From: a virus
Lineage: Duplodnaviria > Heunggongvirae > Uroviricota > Caudoviricetes
Length of the DNA stretch: 7,580 bases
Reading direction: 5' to 3' (one strand)
Virus record (IMG/VR): IMGVR_UViG_2740892210_000005
Positions 1 to 7,580 of the stretch are shown piece after piece. The translations under genes were made by a program, and so were the position numbers. The notes beneath the pieces were generated by a model. That model had not been told where the DNA came from and ran no database searches. It saw nothing but the letters and a program-made list of their open reading frames with translations. The first letter of the stretch is position 1. Every line of letters begins with the position of its first letter.

Positions 1-1185
1 CAGTCCGGCGTGAAGGTGTCTGCGGGCGATCGTCAGGAAGACAGTGCTCATGCTGCCCTGCTGACGCTTCAGGCAGAACTCCGGATGCTGGAGAAGCATG
101 CCGGAGCGAATGAGAAAATCAGCCAGCAGCGCCGGGATTTGTGGAAGGCAGAAAGTCAGTTCGCGGTACTGGAGGAGGCGGCACAACGTCGCCAGCTGTC
201 CGCACAGGAGAAATCCCTGCTGGCGCATAAAGACGAGACGCTGGAGTACAAACGCCAGCTGGCTGTACTTGGCGACAAGGTCACCTATCAGGAGCACCTG
301 AACGCGCTGGCACAGCAGGCGGATAAATTCGCACAGCAACAACGGGCAAAACGGGCCGCCATTGATGCAAAAAACCGGGGGCTGACTGACCGGCAGGCAG
401 CGCGGGAAGCCACGGAACAGCGCCTGAAGGAACAGTATGGCGATAATCCTCTGGCGCTGAATAACGTCATGTCAGAGCAGAAAAAGACCTGGGCAGCTGA
501 AGACCAGCTTCGCGGGAGCTGGATGGCAGGCCTCAGGTCAGGCTGGAGTGAGTGGGAAGAGAGCGCCACGGACAGTATGTCGCAGGTTAAAAGTGCTGCC
601 ACGCAGACCTTTGATGGTATTGCACAGAATATGGCGGCGATGCTGACCGGCAGTGAACAGAACTGGCGCAGCTTCACCCGTTCCGTGCTGTCCATGATGA
701 CAGAAATTCTGCTTAAGCAGGCAATGGTGGGGATTGTCGGAAGTATAGGCAGCGCCATTGGCGGCGGCGCATCAGCGTCAGGCGGTACAGCCATTCAGGC
801 AGCTGCGGCGAAATTCCATTTTGCGGCCGGAGGGTTTACGGGAACCGGCGGCAAATATGAGCCAGCGGGGATTGTTCACCGTGGTGAATTTGTCTTCACG
901 AAGGAGGCAACCAGCCGGATTGGCGTAGGAAATCTTTACCGGCTGATGCGCGGCTATGCCACCGGCGGTTATGTCGGTACACCGGGCAGCATGGTGGACA
1001 GCCGGTCGCAGGCGTCCGGGACGTTTGAGCAGAATAACCATGTGGTGATTAACAACGACGGCACGAACGGTCAGATAGGGCCACAGGCACTGAAGGCGGT
1101 TTATGACGTAGCCCGTAAGGCGGCAATGGATGTTGTGACCGGGCAGATGCGCGATGGTGGTCTGTTCTCCGGAGGTGGACGATGA
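1..1185 (+). CDS. H: Tail tape measure protein H, C-terminal ~395 codons (5'-partial; gene begins upstream of the window)
   Basis: Frame 1 is open from base 1 to the TGA at 1183-1185, so the CDS enters from upstream; the track's start at 10 is only the first in-frame Met. The translation closely resembles the C-terminal part of lambda gpH as I recall it, including the Gly/Ala-rich stretch and the ...RDGGLFSGGGR end. The stop overlaps the next start (ATGA at 1182-1185). Confidence 0.9.
   Translation, partial: QSGVKVSAGDRQEDSAHAALLTLQAELRMLEKHAGANEKISQQRRDLWKAESQFAVLEEAAQRRQLSAQEKSLLAHKDETLEYKRQLAVLGDKVTYQEHLNALAQQADKFAQQQRAKRAAIDAKNRGLTDRQAAREATEQRLKEQYGDNPLALNNVMSEQKKTWAAEDQLRGSWMAGLRSGWSEWEESATDSMSQVKSAATQTFDGIAQNMAAMLTGSEQNWRSFTRSVLSMMTEILLKQAMVGIVGSIGSAIGGGASASGGTAIQAAAAKFHFAAGGFTGTGGKYEPAGIVHRGEFVFTKEATSRIGVGNLYRLMRGYATGGYVGTPGSMVDSRSQASGTFEQNNHVVINNDGTNGQIGPQALKAVYDVARKAAMDVVTGQMRDGGLFSGGGR
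1171..1177 (+). promoter_or_regulatory. Shine-Dalgarno sequence (GGAGGTG) for M
   Basis: GGAGGTG at 1171-1177, 4 nt upstream of the ATG at 1182. Confidence 0.6.
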
Positions 1186-1511
1186 AAACCTTCCGCTGGA
1201 AAGTGAAACCCGGTATGGATGTGGCTTCGGCCCCTTCCGTAAGAAAGGTGCGCTTTGGTGATGGCTATTCCCAGCGAGCGCCTGCCGGGCTGAATGCCGA
1301 CCTGAAAACGTACAGCGTGACGCTTTCTGTTCCCCGTTGGGAGGCCACGGCGCTTGAGTCGTTTCTGGCTGAGCACGGGGGCTGGAAATCCTTTCTGTGG
1401 ACGCCGCCTTATGAGTGGCGGCAGATAAAGGTGACCTGCGCAAAATGGTCGTTGCGGGTCAGTATGCTGCGTGTTGAGTTCAGCGCAGAGTTTGAACAGG
1501 TGGTGAACTGA
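1182..1511 (+). CDS. M: Tail tip assembly protein M (109 aa)
   Basis: 109-aa ORF, the same length as lambda gpM, and the translation matches my recollection of it. It follows H with a 4-nt ATGA overlap and has an upstream GGAGGTG. Confidence 0.9.
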   Translation: MKTFRWKVKPGMDVASAPSVRKVRFGDGYSQRAPAGLNADLKTYSVTLSVPRWEATALESFLAEHGGWKSFLWTPPYEWRQIKVTCAKWSLRVSMLRVEFSAEFEQVVN

Positions 1512-2209
1512 TGCAGGATATCCGGCAGGAAACACTGAATGAATGCACCCGTGCGGAGCAGTCGGCCAGCGTGGTGCTCTGGGAAATCGATCTGACAGAG
1601 GTCGGTGGAGAACGTTATTTTTTCTGTAATGAGCAGAACGAAAAAGGTGAGCCGGTCACCTGGCAGGGGCGACAGTATCAGCCGTATCCCATTCAGGGGA
1701 GTGGTTTTGAACTGAATGGCAAAGGCACCAGTACGCGCCCCACGCTGACGGTTTCTAACCTGTACGGTATGGTCACCGGGATGGCGGAAGATCTGCAGAG
1801 TCTGGTCGGCGGAACGGTGGTCCGGCGTAAGGTTTACGCCCGTTTTCTGGATGCGGTGAACTTCGTCAACGGAAACAGTAACGCCGATCCGGAGCAGGAG
1901 GTGATCAGCCGCTGGCGCATTGAGCAGTGCAGCGAACTGAGCGCGGTGAGTGCCTCTTTTGTACTGTCCACGCCGACGGAAACGGACGGCGCTGTTTTTC
2001 CGGGACGTATCATGCTGGCCAACACCTGCACCTGGACCTATCGCGGCGATGAGTGCGGTTATCACGGTCCGGCGGTCGCGGATGAATATGACCAGCCAAC
2101 GTCCGATATCACGAAGGATAAATGCAGCAAATGCCTGAGCGGTTGTAAGTTCCGCAATAACGTCGGCAACTTTGGCGGCTTCCTTTCCATTAACAAACTT
2201 TCGCAGTAA
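1511..2209 (+). CDS. L: Tail tip protein L (232 aa), with a C-terminal cysteine cluster
   Basis: 232-aa ORF, the same length as lambda gpL. Its start overlaps the M stop by 1 nt (TGATG). The C-terminus carries clustered cysteines (CTWTYRGDECGYHG...DKCSKCLSGCKF), consistent with the reported Fe-S cluster of gpL. Confidence 0.9.
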   Translation: MQDIRQETLNECTRAEQSASVVLWEIDLTEVGGERYFFCNEQNEKGEPVTWQGRQYQPYPIQGSGFELNGKGTSTRPTLTVSNLYGMVTGMAEDLQSLVGGTVVRRKVYARFLDAVNFVNGNSNADPEQEVISRWRIEQCSELSAVSASFVLSTPTETDGAVFPGRIMLANTCTWTYRGDECGYHGPAVADEYDQPTSDITKDKCSKCLSGCKFRNNVGNFGGFLSINKLSQ

Positions 2210-2214
2210 ATCCC

Positions 2215-2990
2215 ATGACACAGACAGAATCAGCGATTCTGGCGCACGCCCGGCGATGTGCGCCAGCGGAGTCGTGCGGCTTCGTGGTAAGCACGCCGGA
2301 GGGGGAAAGATATTTCCCCTGCGTGAATATCTCCGGTGAGCCGGAGGCGTATTTCCGTATGTCGCCGGAAGACTGGCTGCAGGCAGAAATGCAGGGTGAG
2401 ATTGTGGCGCTGGTCCACAGCCACCCCGGTGGTCTGCCCTGGCTGAGTGAGGCCGACCGGCGGCTGCAGGTGCAGAGTGATTTGCCGTGGTGGCTGGTCT
2501 GCCGGGGGACGATTCATAAGTTCCGCTGTGTGCCGCATCTCACCGGGCGGCGCTTTGAGCACGGGGTGACGGACTGTTACACGCTGTTCCGGGATGCTTA
2601 TCATCTGGCGGGGATTGAGATGCCGGATTTTCATCGCGAGGATGACTGGTGGCGTCACGGTCAGAATCTCTATCTGGATAATCTGGAGGCCACAGGGCTG
2701 TATCAGGTGCCGTTGTCATCAGCACAACCGGGCGATGTGCTGCTGTGCTGTTTTGGTTCATCGGTGCCGAATCATGCCGCAATTTACTGCGGTGATGGCG
2801 AGCTGCTGCACCATATTCCTGAACAACTGAGCAAACGAGAGAGGTATACCGACAAATGGCAGCGACGCACACACTCCCTCTGGCGTCACCGGGCATGGCG
2901 CGCATCTGCCTTTACGGGGATTTGCNNNNNNNNNNNNNNNNNNNNNNNNNNNNNNNNAACGATTTGGCCGCCGCATCGACCTTCGTGTGA
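2215..2990 (+). CDS. K: Tail tip assembly protein K (JAB/MPN + NlpC/P60 domains), reading frame interrupted by a 32-N block near the 3' end
   Basis: The ORF starts 6 nt after the L stop. An HSHPGGLPWLSEAD motif (HxH-x7-S-x2-D, JAMM-like) is present, and a Cys/His-containing region (DCYTLF ... HAAIY) follows, consistent with NlpC/P60. Upstream of the Ns the frame reads ...AFTGIC; downstream, at 2958-2990, it reads NDLAAASTFV then TGA. The join is only in frame if the 32 Ns are removed. The ORF continuing to 3003 in the track is an artefact of the Ns. Lambda's annotated 199-aa K would correspond to the internal ATG at 2359. Confidence 0.8.
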
Positions 2991-3559
2991 AAACGGGGGC
3001 TGAAGCCATCCGCGCACTGGCCACACAGCTCCCGGTGTTTCGTCAGAAACTGAGCGACGGCTGGTATCAGGTACGGATTGCCGGGCGGGACGTCAGCACG
3101 TCCGGGTTAACGGCGCAGTTACATGAGACTCTGCCTGATGGCGCTGTGATTCATATTGTTCCCAGAGTCGCCGGGGCCAAGTCAGGTGGCGTATTCCAGA
3201 TTGTCCTGGGGGCTGCCGCCATTGCCGGATCATTCTTTACCGCCGGAGCCACCCTTGCAGCATGGGGGGCAGCCATTGGGGCCGGTGGTATGACCGGCAT
3301 CCTGTTTTCTCTCGGTGCCAGTATGGTGCTCGGTGGTGTGGCGCAGATGCTGGCACCGAAAGCCAGAACTCCCCGTACACAGACAACGGATAACGGCAAA
3401 CAGAACACCTATTTCTCCTCACTGGATAACATGGTTGCCCAGGGCAATGTTCTGCCGGTTCTGTACGGTGAAATGCGCGTGGGGTCACGCGTGGTTTCTC
3501 AGGAGATCAGCACGGCAGACGAAGGGGACGGTGGTCAGGTTGTGGTGATTGGTCGCTGA
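2856..3559 (+). CDS. I: Tail tip assembly protein I (223 aa once the N block is removed), overlapping the 3' end of K in another frame
   Basis: From the ATG at 2856 the frame reads MAATHTLPLASPGMARICLYGDL up to the Ns. After the Ns it resumes (Q)RFGRRIDLRVKTGAEAIRALATQ... and continues to the stop at 3557-3559. 704 nt minus 32 N is 672 nt, i.e. 223 aa plus stop, the length of lambda gpI. The C-terminal half is Gly/Ala-rich and hydrophobic, as in gpI. The track entry 2987..3559 is the 3' portion of this gene. Confidence 0.8.
2926..2957. other. Block of 32 ambiguous bases (N) inside the K/I overlap: assembly gap, masking or placeholder
   Basis: Directly visible. Joining the flanks (..GGGGATTTGC | AACGATTTGG..) restores both the K frame (G-I-C-N-D-L) and the I frame (G-D-L-Q-R-F-G) without any missing codon. 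Confidence 0.95.
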
Positions 3560-3577
3560 TGCAAAATGTTTTATGTG

Positions 3578-3598
3578 AAACCGCCTCCGGGCGGTTTT
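3578..3598 (+). terminator. I-J intergenic GC-rich hairpin plus T-tract (candidate weak intrinsic terminator or RNA-stability element)
   Basis: AAACCGCC (3578-3585), loop TCCG, GGCGGTTT (3590-3597) form an 8-bp stem, followed by a T-rich stretch. It sits between the I stop (3559) and the J start (3620). Confidence 0.4.
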
Positions 3599-3606
3599 AT
3601 CGTTTA

Positions 3607-3610
3607 TGGA
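3607..3610 (+). promoter_or_regulatory. Shine-Dalgarno sequence (GGAG) for J
   Basis: GGAG at 3607-3610, 9 nt upstream of the J ATG at 3620. Confidence 0.5.
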
Positions 3611-3616
3611 GCATGA

Positions 3617-7006
<3,390 letters not shown>

Positions 7007-7024
7007 ATTTTATAACCCAGAACG

Positions 7025-7050
7025 GGCGTCAGAAATGACGCCTTTTTTAT
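7025..7050 (+). terminator. Rho-independent terminator-like hairpin after J
   Basis: GGCGTCA (7025-7031), loop GAAA, TGACGCC (7036-7042) form a 7-bp perfect stem, followed by TTTTTTATT (7043-7051), 19 nt after the J stop. Confidence 0.65.
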
Positions 7051-7061
7051 TGCAGAAAAGC

Positions 7062-7067
7062 GAGAGG
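7062..7067 (+). promoter_or_regulatory. Shine-Dalgarno sequence (GAGAGG) for lom
   Basis: GAGAGG sits 5 nt upstream of the ATG at 7073. Confidence 0.5.
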
Positions 7068-7072
7068 TAATT

Positions 7073-7580
7073 ATGCGTAAAGTTTGTGCAGCCATTTTGT
7101 CTGCAGCCATCTGTCTGGCCGTATCCGTCGCGCCTGCATGGGCGTCTGAGCAGCAGGCCACGCTGAGCGCGGGGTATCTTCATGCCCGGACGAACGCTCC
7201 CGGTAGCGATAATCTTAACGGGATTAACGTGAAATACCGTTATGAATTTACGGACACGCTGGGGCTGGTGACGTCATTCAGTTATGCCAATGCCAAAGAT
7301 GAGCAAAAAACGCATTACAGCGATACCCGCTGGCATGAAGATTCAGTGCGTAACCGCTGGTTCAGCGTGATGGCGGGGCCGTCTGTGCGCGTGAATGAAT
7401 GGTTCAGCGCGTATGCGATGGCGGGTATGGCTTACAGCCGTGTTTCGACTTTCTCCGGAGATTATATCCGCGTAACTGACAACAAGGGGAAAAAGCACGA
7501 TGTGCTGACCGGAAGTGATGACGGTCGCCACAGCAACACGTCTCTGGCGTGGGGGGCTGGCGTGCAGTTTAACCCGACCG
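7073..7580 (+). CDS. lom: Lom-family outer membrane protein (Ail/Lom/OmpX/PagC beta-barrel family), 3'-partial, running off the window end
   Basis: From the ATG at 7073 the frame is open to the window end, which is why it is absent from the ORF track. The translation MRKVCAAILSAAICLAVSVAPAWASEQQATLSAGYLHARTNAPGSDNLNGINVKYRYEFTDTLG...WHEDSVRNRWFSVMAGPSVRVNEWFSAYAMAGMAYSRVSTFSGDY... has a signal peptide ending at an AWA-S cleavage site, and closely resembles lambda Lom as I recall it. The position directly downstream of J is canonical. Confidence 0.9.
   Translation, partial: MRKVCAAILSAAICLAVSVAPAWASEQQATLSAGYLHARTNAPGSDNLNGINVKYRYEFTDTLGLVTSFSYANAKDEQKTHYSDTRWHEDSVRNRWFSVMAGPSVRVNEWFSAYAMAGMAYSRVSTFSGDYIRVTDNKGKKHDVLTGSDDGRHSNTSLAWGAGVQFNPT

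Noticed and set aside
288-1535. Several minus-strand ORFs (288..794, 778..1443, 1101..1535) and a +2-frame ORF (98..301) overlapping H and M
   Set aside because: All overlap the strongly supported H/M coding frame. Their compositions are biased (Ala/Arg/Ser/Cys-rich) and they resemble no protein I recognise; they are probably shadow ORFs.
1409-2221. 270-aa minus-strand ORF covering gene L
   Set aside because: Antisense to a well-supported L gene; no RBS; a shadow ORF.
2215-3003. Track ORF 2215..3003 (262 aa with an X run), and the idea that K is a frameshifted pseudogene
   Set aside because: The C-terminal TIWPPHRPSCENGG tail is produced by reading through 32 Ns, which shifts the frame by 2. 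The genuine K C-terminus (NDLAAASTFV*) is present in the correct frame if the Ns are removed, so pseudogenisation is not supported by this sequence alone.

Overview
This window is the distal tail / tail-tip assembly module of a lambda-like (lambdoid) siphovirus prophage, all on the + strand, in the canonical order H (3' part) - M - L - K - I - J - lom. Calls rest on reading the translated ORFs against recalled phage lambda proteins, plus gene order, sizes and start/stop overlaps; no database search was run. A run of 32 N at 2926..2957 sits inside the K/I overlap; the flanks splice together perfectly in both frames once the Ns are removed, so K and I are called across it. Two hairpin/T-tract structures lie between I and J and after J. 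I did not find convincing evidence of a novel system: the main points worth follow-up are the N block, an apparently divergent C-terminal receptor-binding region of J, the K start position, and the lom cargo gene. All minus-strand ORFs in the track look like antisense artefacts.
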